Shown here piece by piece: positions 9,970-19,139 of a stretch of DNA of 64,000 bases (position 1 is the first letter of the stretch; each line of letters starts with the position of its first letter). The position numbers and the translations under genes were made by a program. Location: the NCBI GenBank assembly GCA_964583685.1, contig CAZOVJ010000002.1, positions 111,333 through 175,332 on the forward strand, read 5' to 3'. This DNA is from an uncultured Gammaproteobacteria bacterium (GTDB taxonomy: Bacteria; Patescibacteriota; Microgenomatia; UBA8517). Below the pieces are notes generated by a model that saw nothing but the letters and a program-made list of their open reading frames with translations, was not told the origin of the DNA and did not search any database.

Positions 9970-10407
9970 TTATATTATTTTACCCCCTATTTTTTTAACT
10001 TGACGAGCAGCTGATTTTGATATCGGCAAAGTAATTGTTAATTTCTTTTGAATTTTACCACCAGCCAAAATTTTTACTCCAACTTTTTGGCCATCCTTTA
10101 GATTGATAATTCCTGCCTCAGCTAGACTCTTCAGGCTGACCTTGGAACCTGAAGCTAATAAATTCAAAACCTCCAATTTAACAATCATTGGTTTCTTGGC
10201 TGATTTTAACTTTCCCTTTCCGCGCTGGAGAGGAAGACGCCGAAGAAGGGATTTCTTAACCTTGACACCCTCAAACAAAATTCCGATTTTACTCCTTGCC
10301 TTTTGACCCTTTTGACCACGACCAACTGTATGGCCGCCCTTCCCGCTTCCATAGCCTCGGCCAACTCTCTTTTTTCTTTTCTGGATCACTTTGGTTAAAT
10401 CAGTCAT
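9970..10407 (-). CDS. rplO: 50S ribosomal protein L15
   Basis: RVGRGYGSGKG..GRGQKGQKAR. Confidence 0.96.
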   Translation of the reverse strand: MTDLTKVIQKRKKRVGRGYGSGKGGHTVGRGQKGQKARSKIGILFEGVKVKKSLLRRLPLQRGKGKLKSAKKPMIVKLEVLNLLASGSKVSLKSLAEAGIINLKDGQKVGVKILAGGKIQKKLTITLPISKSAARQVKKIGGKII

Positions 10408-10880
10408 TTTTCCCTTCTCCTACCCATAAAACTCTGTTCCATGGACCCAATCCTTTTCAAGGCATTCACTGTCGCATAAACATTGGAGATTTTATTTCTC
10501 GTTCCAAGAATTTTACCAACTACATCTTTAATACCGGCTGCCTCTAAAACAAGCTTCATCGGACCGCCGGCGATAACCCCACTGCCTGGAGGAGCAGGTT
10601 TTAAAAGAATATGGGCGGCACTAAATTTTTCTCTTACTCCGTAAGGAATCGTTGTTCCCTTTAAGGGAACTTTAATCATCCTCTTTTTGGCATAAGATAA
10701 AGCTTTCTGAATCGCATCCCTTACTCCTCGAGCTTTGGAAAGCCCGACTCCGACTCTTCCCTTTCTGTCACCAACAATTACCAAGGCGGAAAATCTTATT
10801 TGATTTCCACCTTTTGTCTTCTTGGAAATTCTGTTTATTTGAACTACAGTTTCCTCTAACTCTTTAATAACCTCGGGCAT
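10404..10880 (-). CDS. rpsE: 30S ribosomal protein S5
   Basis: INRISKKTKGG..FSALVIVGD, GVIAGG. Confidence 0.97.
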   Translation of the reverse strand: MPEVIKELEETVVQINRISKKTKGGNQIRFSALVIVGDRKGRVGVGLSKARGVRDAIQKALSYAKKRMIKVPLKGTTIPYGVREKFSAAHILLKPAPPGSGVIAGGPMKLVLEAAGIKDVVGKILGTRNKISNVYATVNALKRIGSMEQSFMGRRREK

Positions 10881-11212
10881 TAAAAATCAAGTCCTTTCTC
10901 TTTTGCCGCCTCTGCCAAGGCCTTTACTCTTCCATGATATTTATAACCTCCTCTATCGAAAACAATCTTCTTAATTCCCTTCTTTAAGGCTAATTCTGCT
11001 AGTTTTTCTCCGATCATTTTGGCCCTTTGGGTTTTCGTTCCTTGATTTGTTTGCAAATCCTTATCCGAACAGGCAAGCAAGGTACAGCCCGATTGGTCGT
11101 CGATTATCTGGACAAAAATATGTTTCCTCGACCTAAAAACTGAAAGCCTGGGTCTTTTTTTTGTTCCGACAATCTTTGCTCTTATCCTTCTTCTCCTTTT
11201 TTCTCTTGTCAT
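10880..11212 (-). CDS. rplR: 50S ribosomal protein L18
   Basis: [25 protein letters not shown]; likely ATG at 11212. Confidence 0.97.
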   Translation of the reverse strand: MTREKRRRRIRAKIVGTKKRPRLSVFRSRKHIFVQIIDDQSGCTLLACSDKDLQTNQGTKTQRAKMIGEKLAELALKKGIKKIVFDRGGYKYHGRVKALAEAAKEKGLDF

Positions 11213-11213
11213 C

Positions 11214-11768
11214 TTACTCTCCTGGCTCCTGAATCTTGGCAACAGCCTTGCCGGGCTTAAGTCGAATTTCCTCACCCTGATATCTGATTCCCTTCCCTTT
11301 ATAAGAGTCAGGTTTTCTCACTGCTTTTATCCTTGCTGCCACCTGACCAACCAGTTCACGGTCTATACCTTCAACCGAGATTATTGATTTACTTACAGTA
11401 AATTTGATTCCCTCTGGAGCCTCAACGATAACCGGATGAGAATAACCAATCATAAAAACCAACTGATTACCTTTAACTTCAACCCGGTAACCGGCACCCA
11501 CTATCTCCAAATTCTTTGACCATCCTTTGTTTACTCCTTTGATCATATTTAGGAGATGAGCCCTTAAAGTACCCTGTAAGGCATTGGCTGATTTACTTTC
11601 TCCTTTCTTCTCGACAACTAAGGTATTTTTCTTTATCCTAATTCGTAGTTCTTTGGGAAAATCTCTTTCAAGGGTTCCCATTGGCCCAATTATCTTGACC
11701 TTATTGGCCTCAATTTCAGCCTTTACTTCTTGAGGCAATTCAACTGGTAATTTGCCTAGTCTTGCCAT
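11214..11768 (-). CDS. rplF: 50S ribosomal protein L6
   Basis: [19 protein letters not shown]. Confidence 0.97.
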   Translation of the reverse strand: MARLGKLPVELPQEVKAEIEANKVKIIGPMGTLERDFPKELRIRIKKNTLVVEKKGESKSANALQGTLRAHLLNMIKGVNKGWSKNLEIVGAGYRVEVKGNQLVFMIGYSHPVIVEAPEGIKFTVSKSIISVEGIDRELVGQVAARIKAVRKPDSYKGKGIRYQGEEIRLKPGKAVAKIQEPGE

Positions 11769-11769
11769 T

Positions 11770-12147
11770 TTACTTTAACTCCGCTATAAGTTCTCCACCT
11801 ACTCGTAATTTAAGTGCCTCCCGGGAAGAGACTACTCCCTTACAGGTTGATAATATAAAAACCGACATGCCTTTTTTCTGGGCTAGCTCATCGGCCCTGA
11901 TATAGATTCTCAAACCAGGTCGGGAAATCAATTTCAGACCAAAAATTACCGGCTTTTTCTTTTTATAAGCCAGCTTGATAAGCAAATTACCCTTCTTCTC
12001 AAGGCAAGATTCTAAAAACCCCTCTTTTTTTAAAACCTGAGCCACTGCTTTAATCATCTTTGTTTTTGGCAATTCAAATTCTCGCTTGCCAGCCAAAGTA
12101 GCATTTTTAATTCTAATAAGAAAATCTCCAACCGGATAATTAACCAT
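11770..12147 (-). CDS. rpsH: 30S ribosomal protein S8
   Basis: PVGDFLIRIKNA, ISRPGLRIY, GGELIA; likely ATG at 12147. Confidence 0.96.
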   Translation of the reverse strand: MVNYPVGDFLIRIKNATLAGKREFELPKTKMIKAVAQVLKKEGFLESCLEKKGNLLIKLAYKKKKPVIFGLKLISRPGLRIYIRADELAQKKGMSVFILSTCKGVVSSREALKLRVGGELIAELK

Positions 12148-12149
12148 AT

Positions 12150-12335
12150 CTACCAACTCGCTTTCTTGACCCCGGGGATTTCTCCCCGTTGGGCATGTTC
12201 TCGAAAACATAAACGACATAAACCAAAACGCCTCATATAGCCTCTAGCCCTGCCACAAATACGACAGCGATTGGTATAACGAGTCTTAAATCTGAGTTTT
12301 TTCTTTTCCCTGGCGATTTTAGAGAGTTTTGCCAT
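12150..12335 (-). CDS. rpsN: 30S ribosomal protein S14 type Z (zinc-binding)
   Basis: NRCRICGR...[19 protein letters not shown]; ATG at 12335. Confidence 0.97.
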   Translation of the reverse strand: MAKLSKIAREKKKLRFKTRYTNRCRICGRARGYMRRFGLCRLCFREHAQRGEIPGVKKASW

Positions 12336-12891
12336 GTTCCTCCTTTTCAAATGGCATTCCCAAAAGCTCAAACAACCTTTTTGCTTCCTGAGAATCCCTG
12401 GTATTTGTTACTATACTTATTTCCAAACCCCTAGGTTTTTCTAAGCTCCCCAAATCAACCTCTGGAAAGACACTGTACTCCCTAATCCCTAGAGTATAAT
12501 TTCCCTGTTTATCAAAACCTTTTAAAGAAAGACCCCTAAAATCTCTTAAACGGGGCAGGGTAATGGAAATAAGTCTATCTAGAAAAGCATACATTTTGTC
12601 TCTTCTCAAAGTGACCTTAAGACCAACCGGGTTGCCGGCTCTGATATTAAATCCAGCCACCGATACTCTAGCTGGCCGCACTGTTGGCTTCTGCCCGCTT
12701 ATCAAACTAATATCCGAAATCAATCTCTCAAATAATTCTTTATTTTTGGCTGCATCCTGTATTCCCATATTTAAGACAATCTTGGTAATTCTTGGGATGG
12801 CCAAAGAATTTTTAATATCTAACTCACGTTTTAAAGTTGGCACCACTTCCTGATTATATTTTTTCTTTAAAGGCAATCTTTTTTTTATCAT
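12319..12891 (-). CDS. rplE: 50S ribosomal protein L5
   Basis: [29 protein letters not shown]. Confidence 0.98.
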   Translation of the reverse strand: MIKKRLPLKKKYNQEVVPTLKRELDIKNSLAIPRITKIVLNMGIQDAAKNKELFERLISDISLISGQKPTVRPARVSVAGFNIRAGNPVGLKVTLRRDKMYAFLDRLISITLPRLRDFRGLSLKGFDKQGNYTLGIREYSVFPEVDLGSLEKPRGLEISIVTNTRDSQEAKRLFELLGMPFEKEEHGKTL

Positions 12892-13211
12892 TGTTTTTTA
12901 TCTATTTCTTTTTTACATTTCTTACAAATACGCACCTTCTTCTTTTTATCCATCTTGAAGCCAATCCTGGTTGGCTTCTTGCAATGAGGACAAATAAGAG
13001 CAACCTTGGCAAAAACCAATGGTTTTGGAATCTCATAAACTCCACCCTTCTTGTCAGCCGAAGCGGCCGCCTTGACATGTTTTTTGACAATATTGATACC
13101 CTGTATTAAAAGACTACCTTCTTTGGGAAAGATTTTCTCAATTTTTCCTTTCCGATTTTTATCTTTACCGCTTGTAATCTTAACTGTATCTCCAACTTTA
13201 TATTTCAACAT
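12888..13211 (-). CDS. rplX: 50S ribosomal protein L24
   Basis: GDTVKITSGKDK KOW motif, KKHVK. Confidence 0.96.
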   Translation of the reverse strand: MLKYKVGDTVKITSGKDKNRKGKIEKIFPKEGSLLIQGINIVKKHVKAAASADKKGGVYEIPKPLVFAKVALICPHCKKPTRIGFKMDKKKKVRICKKCKKEIDKKQ

Positions 13212-13231
13212 ATCTCTTCTGGCCTCTAATT

Positions 13232-13597
13232 CTAGACTACCTCTCTGGCAAGAGAGGCAATCTTTGTATAGCCCGCCTCTCTTACCTCCTTGGCAATCGG
13301 GCCTAAAATTCTGGTTCCTCGGGGAAGCCCATTTTTATCAATAATCACAGCTGCATTATCATCAAAACGAACATAGCTTCCATCTTTTCTTCCAATTTCT
13401 TTTTTTGTTCTAACAATTAGCGCCTTGACTTTCTCTTTATTGACAACAGCCCCGGCTGGGCTAGCTCCCCGTACAACACAGGTAACCACATCTCCAACAC
13501 TGGCTGTTTTGCCTATCCTTGTAGAGACGCCAATTACAGCTAATGCTTTTGCTCCCGAATTATCAGCTGGTTTTAAAATACTCCTCAGTTGAACCAT
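13232..13597 (-). CDS. rplN: 50S ribosomal protein L14
   Basis: ADNSGAK, FDDNAAVII, GTRILGP. Confidence 0.98.
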   Translation of the reverse strand: MVQLRSILKPADNSGAKALAVIGVSTRIGKTASVGDVVTCVVRGASPAGAVVNKEKVKALIVRTKKEIGRKDGSYVRFDDNAAVIIDKNGLPRGTRILGPIAKEVREAGYTKIASLAREVV

Positions 13598-13855
13598 TTA
13601 TTTCTTCTTTCTTATCACTTTTTTCTTACCATCTATTGCCTTAATAATCTTCCACTTCTTCAATTTGCTATATGGCCGACTGGCAACAAATTTAACTCTA
13701 TCTCCCACCTTCACCCCAATCTCATCATGAACATGATATTTTTTAATCCTTTTTAATTTCTTCTTATAAATCGGATGAGTGACAATTCTTTCGACGGCAA
13801 CTACTGCCGTCTTTTCTGTTTTTGCTGAAATAACCTGTCCGCTAAAAATCTTCAT
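13598..13855 (-). CDS. rpsQ: 30S ribosomal protein S17
   Basis: HPIYKK, HDE, RPYSKLKKW. Confidence 0.96.
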   Translation of the reverse strand: MKIFSGQVISAKTEKTAVVAVERIVTHPIYKKKLKRIKKYHVHDEIGVKVGDRVKFVASRPYSKLKKWKIIKAIDGKKKVIRKKK

Positions 13856-14070
13856 AAGTTTGTTTTCTGTTCCAATAGTTCTTTCTCTCGGATAAGAGTT
13901 AACAACTGGGCAATGTCTCGTCTTAAGTTTTTGGTTGATTTAAGATTCTTTTCACGACCAACAGCAATTTTAGCAACAAGCTCTACTTGCTCCTTTTTCA
14001 TTGCCAAAACTTTTTTCTTAAGTTCTTCTATTCCCTTTTCTCTCAATTTTTGCAGACTTTTCCTTTTCAT
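13852..14070 (-). CDS. rpmC: 50S ribosomal protein L29
   Basis: LRRDIAQLLT; position between rplP and rpsQ. Confidence 0.92.
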   Translation of the reverse strand: MKRKSLQKLREKGIEELKKKVLAMKKEQVELVAKIAVGREKNLKSTKNLRRDIAQLLTLIREKELLEQKTNL

Positions 14071-14483
14071 CGCTTCTCCTCTCGACTGACCACCTTAGCT
14101 TTGAAAGAAAGTTTGGCCGCCGCCCTTTTAAGAGCTGTTGTTGCTACCTCCTGTGACACACCGGCAACCTCCAAGATAATTCTCCCAGGGGTAACCACGG
14201 CAACATAATGATCGACATCTCCTTTGCCTCCGCCCATTCTTTGACCGGCTGAACGCTTACTAACCGGCTTATGGGGAAAAATCCTAAGCCAAACACGACC
14301 CTTTCTTTTTAAGGAATTGGTAGTCGCCCTCCTGGCCGCCTCAATCTGACGGGCTGATAGCCAACCACTGTCAAGAATCTTCAGGCCATATTCACCAAAA
14401 GCTAGATTTGTGCCTCGAGTAGATATCCTTTTAACCTTTCCCCGAAAATCTTTTCTATATTTTCTCTTTTTTGGTTCTAACAT
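14067..14483 (-). CDS. rplP: 50S ribosomal protein L16
   Basis: RQIEAAR, WLRIFPHKP, RMGGGKG. Confidence 0.98.
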   Translation of the reverse strand: MLEPKKRKYRKDFRGKVKRISTRGTNLAFGEYGLKILDSGWLSARQIEAARRATTNSLKRKGRVWLRIFPHKPVSKRSAGQRMGGGKGDVDHYVAVVTPGRIILEVAGVSQEVATTALKRAAAKLSFKAKVVSREEKR

Positions 14484-14487
14484 AAAC

Positions 14488-15138
14488 TTACTCCGGTTTT
14501 TTGTAAATCCAAACCTTCACGCCCACATAACCGCGCTTCAAAAGGGCTGGAAAACAAGCATAGTCAATCTCTTCTCTCAGTGTCTGGGTGGGAACTGCTC
14601 CTATATGGTATTTTTCAGTTCTGGCTATCTCCGCTCCTCCAATTCTTCCGGCTAAAACTAGCTTGACACCCCCAGCTCCTGCCTGCATTACCCTTTCCAT
14701 TGCTCGACCAACTACTCTTCTGTGGGGAATTCTGCGCTCAAGCTCATTGGCAATTCTTGTTGCCACTAAATAAGCAGAGAGTTCTGGATTTTTTATTTCC
14801 TGGACTGGAATATCAATCTTTAAGTCTCCGGGGATTTCCCCCCTGGTCTTCTTGATAAGCTCTAAAATATATTTTTTAATATCCTCTATCCCGGTCCCCC
14901 CACGCCCAATCACTACTCCTGGCCTTGACACATATAGGTTTATAATCATGCTTTTGGGAAGCCTTGTAATCTGAACATCAACTATCCCCGCAAGCTTAAG
15001 TCGTTCCATTAGAGCCTTTCTTATCTTTATATCTTCAATCAAAAAATCTTTATAGTTAGACCCTTCTGCATACCAAGAGGATTTCCAAGGTAAAAATCTA
15101 CCTACTCTAAACCCTATTGGATTGACTTTTTGTCCCAT
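14488..15138 (-). CDS. rpsC: 30S ribosomal protein S3
   Basis: MGQKVNPIGFR, RPGVVIGRGG, GRIGGAEIAR; ATG at 15138. Confidence 0.98.
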   Translation of the reverse strand: MGQKVNPIGFRVGRFLPWKSSWYAEGSNYKDFLIEDIKIRKALMERLKLAGIVDVQITRLPKSMIINLYVSRPGVVIGRGGTGIEDIKKYILELIKKTRGEIPGDLKIDIPVQEIKNPELSAYLVATRIANELERRIPHRRVVGRAMERVMQAGAGGVKLVLAGRIGGAEIARTEKYHIGAVPTQTLREEIDYACFPALLKRGYVGVKVWIYKKPE

Positions 15139-15139
15139 A

Positions 15140-15532
15140 TTATTTTTTAGATTTCTTATTTTGACCTTTTGAATCTGTTTGCAATTTGCCACTTGATGCT
15201 TGGGGTTCTGCTGTCAAAACAACGCGAATATGGCTCATTCGCTTCTGGTATGGGTGCCACCTTCCCTTGGCAACCCATCTGCCTCTTTTCAATCTCGGAC
15301 CATCTCCTATTTGAATTTCTTTAAAAACCAAGCCCTTATCTTTAAGCCCTTTTGCCTTGGCATTGGCTAAAGCAGTTTTTATAACCTTTGCCAGGGGTTC
15401 AGCTGCCCGTTTGCCAATATAAGGTAAAGTTTTCACTGCCTGAGTAGGGGATAGGTCTTTAACCATATTGGCTATCGGCCTAATCTTTCTAGGCGATATT
15501 CGAATAAATCTCTGTGTTGCAATAACATCCAT
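15140..15532 (-). CDS. rplV: 50S ribosomal protein L22
   Basis: RISPRK, GPRLKR, SHIRVV. Confidence 0.97.
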   Translation of the reverse strand: MDVIATQRFIRISPRKIRPIANMVKDLSPTQAVKTLPYIGKRAAEPLAKVIKTALANAKAKGLKDKGLVFKEIQIGDGPRLKRGRWVAKGRWHPYQKRMSHIRVVLTAEPQASSGKLQTDSKGQNKKSKK

Positions 15533-15537
15533 CACTG

Positions 15538-15819
15538 TTAAGTCTTTTCAATTATTCGCTTGACAACCTGACCATGGCCTCTAAAAGTTCTGGTTGGGAC
15601 AAACTCTCCCAGTCTGTGGCCAACCATTTCTTCGCTGACAAAAACCTCAATAAACGTCCTCCCGTTGTGAACCTGAAAGTATTTACCGACAAACTCAGGT
15701 GGAATCTGAGAATTTCTTGCCCAAGTTTTAATAGGATCCTTCTTATCTCCCATACCAGCCTTTACCTTTTTAAAAAGGCGCTTATCAATATATGGCCCTT
15801 TTTTACTACTTCTACCCAT
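15538..15819 (-). CDS. rpsS: 30S ribosomal protein S19
   Basis: [25 protein letters not shown]. Confidence 0.98.
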   Translation of the reverse strand: MGRSSKKGPYIDKRLFKKVKAGMGDKKDPIKTWARNSQIPPEFVGKYFQVHNGRTFIEVFVSEEMVGHRLGEFVPTRTFRGHGQVVKRIIEKT

Positions 15820-16561
15820 GTTTACCCGGTTTTCTTCTTTGAATAATTAAGTTGACTGAATACTTTTTCTTTTTTCTGGTTCTTCCTACCGCTGGCTTAC
15901 CATAAACAGTCATCGGGTGTTTCCTACCAACACCGCTCCTGCCTTCACCGCCACCATGAGGATGTGCTCCTGGATGCTGGGCTGTGCCCCGAACCGTCGG
16001 TCGTATTCCCTTTCTTCGCTTTCGGCCTGCCTTGCCAAGTTTCTCCGTCTTGGCTTCGATTCGTCCAACTTGTCCCAGTGTTGCATAGACTCCAGGCTTA
16101 AATCTTCTTACCTCGCTAGAGGGCATCTTTACGAGAACCCATTTTTCCTCTCTGCCTTGGACAATTGCCACTGCCCCAGCACTTCTCACCAGCTGTCCTC
16201 CCTTGCCCAATTTTATTTCCAAATTATGAATCTGGGTCCCTATTGGAATCCTTGACAAAGGTAAGGCATTACCTATTTCCAAAGGAGCAGTTTCAGCGGC
16301 AATAATTTTTTGGCCAAGTTTCAAACCCCGGGGGGCTAAAATATAACGCCTTTCACCGTCTTCATAAATTAAAAGGGCAAGCTCTGCATTTCTGTTAGGA
16401 TCATACCCAATAGCTTCAACTCTAGCCCAAACATCCCTTTTATCTCTTTTAAAATCAACATTCCGCAAGAGTCTTTTCTCTCGCCCTCCCTGATGACGAA
16501 CACTGATTTTCCCCTTCGATCTACCCGATTTTTTAGGCAAAATTTTCTTTAAGCTTCTCAT
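15812..16561 (-). CDS. rplB: 50S ribosomal protein L2 (short N-terminus)
   Basis: [22 protein letters not shown]. Confidence 0.98.
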   Translation of the reverse strand: MRSLKKILPKKSGRSKGKISVRHQGGREKRLLRNVDFKRDKRDVWARVEAIGYDPNRNAELALLIYEDGERRYILAPRGLKLGQKIIAAETAPLEIGNALPLSRIPIGTQIHNLEIKLGKGGQLVRSAGAVAIVQGREEKWVLVKMPSSEVRRFKPGVYATLGQVGRIEAKTEKLGKAGRKRRKGIRPTVRGTAQHPGAHPHGGGEGRSGVGRKHPMTVYGKPAVGRTRKKKKYSVNLIIQRRKPGKHG

Positions 16562-16833
16562 TTTTGCTCCTTAAACAAATCTATTTCCTGTTTTCCCTTT
16601 AAACTCACGATTGCTTTCTTCCTTGATTTAATCACCTGCTTTCTGCCTCTAGAGTCTTTCTTTACTCTTTTTGAATAATTCATTGTCCGTACACGAGCAA
16701 CTTCGACCGCAAAAATTTTTTCAACCAACACCTTAATCTGCTGCTTATTCATGCCTTTCTCGACCCAAAAGGTATAGTTGCCATTTTCGGCCTCTTGCAA
16801 ACTCCTCTCTGTTAAAACTGGTTTTAATTTCAT
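16558..16833 (-). CDS. rplW: 50S ribosomal protein L23
   Basis: PVLTE, NKQQIK..VEKIF, KKAIVSL. Confidence 0.96.
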   Translation of the reverse strand: MKLKPVLTERSLQEAENGNYTFWVEKGMNKQQIKVLVEKIFAVEVARVRTMNYSKRVKKDSRGRKQVIKSRKKAIVSLKGKQEIDLFKEQK

Positions 16834-17462
16834 TTCTTCTCGCTTCTCGCTTCTCGCTTCTCGCTTAAAACCTCTTTATCTAAAATTATCATTCCAGCAA
16901 AAAATACTTGATAAGCATTCAGGTCTTTAAAGGCTATCACTTGAGTGTTCCGGATATTTCTAATGACCCGGGTGATAGATAGATTCTTATCGCTAAGCAC
17001 AAAAGTAAGCTTCTTTAGTTCCTTGTCTTTAATTTTATCAATTAAAGTCTGGGTCTCCTTGGTTTTCTTCAGGTTGGACAAGCCGCTAATAACAACAATT
17101 TCTTTCGCCCTTGCCTTTAAAGAAAGGGCAATATTTAAAGCTCTCTTCTTCATTTTTTGAGAAAGGGTTAACCGTCTTCTAACACCCTTTGGCCCATGAG
17201 CAACGCCGCCACCAACAAAAATCGGTGCTGAGCGAGGTCCGTGTCTTGCTCGGCCCGTACCTTTCTGTCGGTACCACTTTCTAGTTGTCAGGCTAATTTC
17301 TCCTCGGGTTCTGACCTTAGACAAACCTTGATGCTCTTTTGCTCTATAGACATGAATTGCTTGGCTAAGAAGTTTTAAATTGCCCTTCTCTTCAAAAATC
17401 TTAGGCAAAACAGTGTCTGCCAGCTTTCTTCCTTTTGCCGAATAAGTTCTTGCTTTAATCAT
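16830..17462 (-). CDS. rplD: 50S ribosomal protein L4
   Basis: RQKGTGRARHG..APIFVGGGVAHGP. Confidence 0.97.
   Translation of the reverse strand: MIKARTYSAKGRKLADTVLPKIFEEKGNLKLLSQAIHVYRAKEHQGLSKVRTRGEISLTTRKWYRQKGTGRARHGPRSAPIFVGGGVAHGPKGVRRRLTLSQKMKKRALNIALSLKARAKEIVVISGLSNLKKTKETQTLIDKIKDKELKKLTFVLSDKNLSITRVIRNIRNTQVIAFKDLNAYQVFFAGMIILDKEVLSEKREARSEKK
16836..16866. repeat. Perfect heptamer repeat in the 3' end of rplD
   Basis: (cttctcg)x4 plus ctt. Confidence 0.9.
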
Positions 17463-18108
17463 TCTCCTTCTCCTTAACTAATCCCTTTATGAGCAAAAGG
17501 CTTCCAGGAACACCAGGAACAGGTCCAGAAATACTCATCTCATTCTTTTTAGGGTCAATGGAAACTACTTGCAGATTTTCAACCGTCACTCTCTCGGATC
17601 CCATTCGGCCAGCCATTTTCTTCCCCTTATGAACTCGTCCAGGGCTCGTACCTTGACCAATCGAACCGGGAGCTCTGCGTCGATCACTTTGCCCATGGGT
17701 TCTCGGTCCGGCACTAAATCCCCAGCGTTTGATTACTCCGGCAAAACCTTTTCCTTTTGATATCCCGCTTACCCGAACCCTATCTCCCTTTTTAAAAATA
17801 TCAGAAACTTTTATCTCATCTCCAACCTTAAATTTAGGTTTTTGGGAAAGCTTTATTTCCCGTAAATGTCGGACTGCCTTTTTGGCAGCCTTGAGATGCC
17901 CCTGCATCGGTTTGTTTAAATGCCTGATTTTCCTCGCTCCAAAGCCTAGTTGAATTGCCCAATAACCATCTTTTTCCCTGCTTTTGACCTGGGTAACCAA
18001 GCATGGCCCGGCCGAAACCTTGGTTATCGGCACTCGTTTGCCCTCAACAAAAATCTGGCTCATCTTTTGCTTTGTTCCTAATATTGTCCCTAACATAACT
18101 TTGACCAT
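17455..18108 (-). CDS. rplC: 50S ribosomal protein L3 (alternative ATG at 18096)
   Basis: DGYWAIQLG, SKGKGFAGVIKR, PGRVHKGKKMAG. Confidence 0.98.
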   Translation of the reverse strand: MVKVMLGTILGTKQKMSQIFVEGKRVPITKVSAGPCLVTQVKSREKDGYWAIQLGFGARKIRHLNKPMQGHLKAAKKAVRHLREIKLSQKPKFKVGDEIKVSDIFKKGDRVRVSGISKGKGFAGVIKRWGFSAGPRTHGQSDRRRAPGSIGQGTSPGRVHKGKKMAGRMGSERVTVENLQVVSIDPKKNEMSISGPVPGVPGSLLLIKGLVKEKEND

Positions 18109-18109
18109 T

Positions 18110-18136
18110 AAAAAAAGTGCCCAGAGGCACCTTTTT
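18110..18136 (-). terminator. Terminator-like hairpin plus U-tract in the rplC leader
   Basis: Minus strand AAAAAG-GTGCC-TCTG-GGCAC-TTTTTTT just before rplC. Confidence 0.6.
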
Positions 18137-18194
18137 GGTACTTCCTTGAATAAACTAGTGGTTAAATTTTAAAAACCACCTCCACGATGGCCAA

Positions 18195-18223
18195 ATTATA
18201 CCAAACAAGACCCTACCACGCAA
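18195..18223 (-). promoter_or_regulatory. Sigma70-type promoter for the rplC cluster
   Basis: TTGCGT-N17-TATAAT with upstream TG (extended -10). Confidence 0.7.
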
Positions 18224-18226
18224 GAC

Positions 18227-18255
18227 TTGACATCTAGTACTGAATTTGGTACTGT
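18227..18255 (+). promoter_or_regulatory. Promoter/operator of the toxin-antitoxin operon
   Basis: TTGACA-N17-TACTGT with TG; two GTAC palindromic cores at 18237 and 18249. Confidence 0.72.
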
Positions 18256-18264
18256 TATTTTGAG

Positions 18265-18567
18265 ATGAGAACAATTCCTAACACCATTTCTGCTAGCAAG
18301 GCAAGGGCTAATTTTTATTCTCTGTTAGAAGAAGTTGTCACTAAATTGAAGTCTATAACTATTACCAAAAGAGGTGAAGCTCAAGCTGTGATAATGCACC
18401 CAGATGAAGTTGCCTCTTGGCAAGAAACAATGGATATCCTTTCAGACAAAAAATTAATCAGAGATATTGCTATGAGTGAAACAGAAAGAAAGTCTGGCAA
18501 GATTACTTCTGAAAAAAATTTGTTAAAGGAGTTGGGAATTTCTCCTAAAGACCTTAAAGAATTATGA
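18265..18567 (+). CDS. Phd/YefM family antitoxin
   Basis: ISASKARANFYSLLEEV..ITITKRGEAQAVIM..ETMDILS; ATGA overlap with the toxin. Confidence 0.92.
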   Translation: MRTIPNTISASKARANFYSLLEEVVTKLKSITITKRGEAQAVIMHPDEVASWQETMDILSDKKLIRDIAMSETERKSGKITSEKNLLKELGISPKDLKEL

Positions 18568-18812
18568 AGGTTGAGTATTCTAATACTGCCAGGAAACAGC
18601 TCAAAAAACTTCCGAAAACCAAACAAATTAAGGTCCTGGCAAAGATCCAGAAACTTAAAAACGACCCATATGCAGGCAAGAAGCTGAAGGGTGAATTTGG
18701 AGGATTACGCTCGCTCAAAATTTGGCCTTACTGGATTATTTATCGTTATCTGGTCCAAGACAGGCTTTTGTTTATCAACGTTATTCAACACAGACAGAAG
18801 ACTTATAAATAG
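18564..18812 (+). CDS. RelE/ParE family toxin
   Basis: VEYSNTARKQLKKL..DPYAGKKLKG..IIY..HR..Y; downstream of Phd/YefM antitoxin. Confidence 0.9.
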   Translation: MKVEYSNTARKQLKKLPKTKQIKVLAKIQKLKNDPYAGKKLKGEFGGLRSLKIWPYWIIYRYLVQDRLLFINVIQHRQKTYK

Positions 18813-18830
18813 AAGAAATATCTATAATTA

Positions 18831-19139
18831 TTACATTTTCACTTCTATAGAGACCCCGGCCGGGAGGTCAAGATTGGACAAGGAGTCTATTGTTCGGTCA
18901 GAAGGATTAAGGATATCAATCAATCTCTTGTGAACTAAAATCTCAAAATGTTCCCGAGCGTCCTTGTCTGTAAAAGGAGAAGTTTGAACCGGAATCAAAG
19001 TTCTTTTTGTCGGCAAAGGGATAGGGCCAACCACCTTTGCTCCACTAACCATAACTGTATCCAATATCTTTGCTGCCGCCTCGTCAATCACTCGATGGTC
19101 GTAGCTTTTAAGTTTAACTCGTAATCTTCCTGCTGGCAT
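18831..19139 (-). CDS. rpsJ: 30S ribosomal protein S10
   Basis: LKSYDH, GPIPLPT, HKRLIDI, LPAGV. Confidence 0.98.
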   Translation of the reverse strand: MPAGRLRVKLKSYDHRVIDEAAAKILDTVMVSGAKVVGPIPLPTKRTLIPVQTSPFTDKDAREHFEILVHKRLIDILNPSDRTIDSLSNLDLPAGVSIEVKM

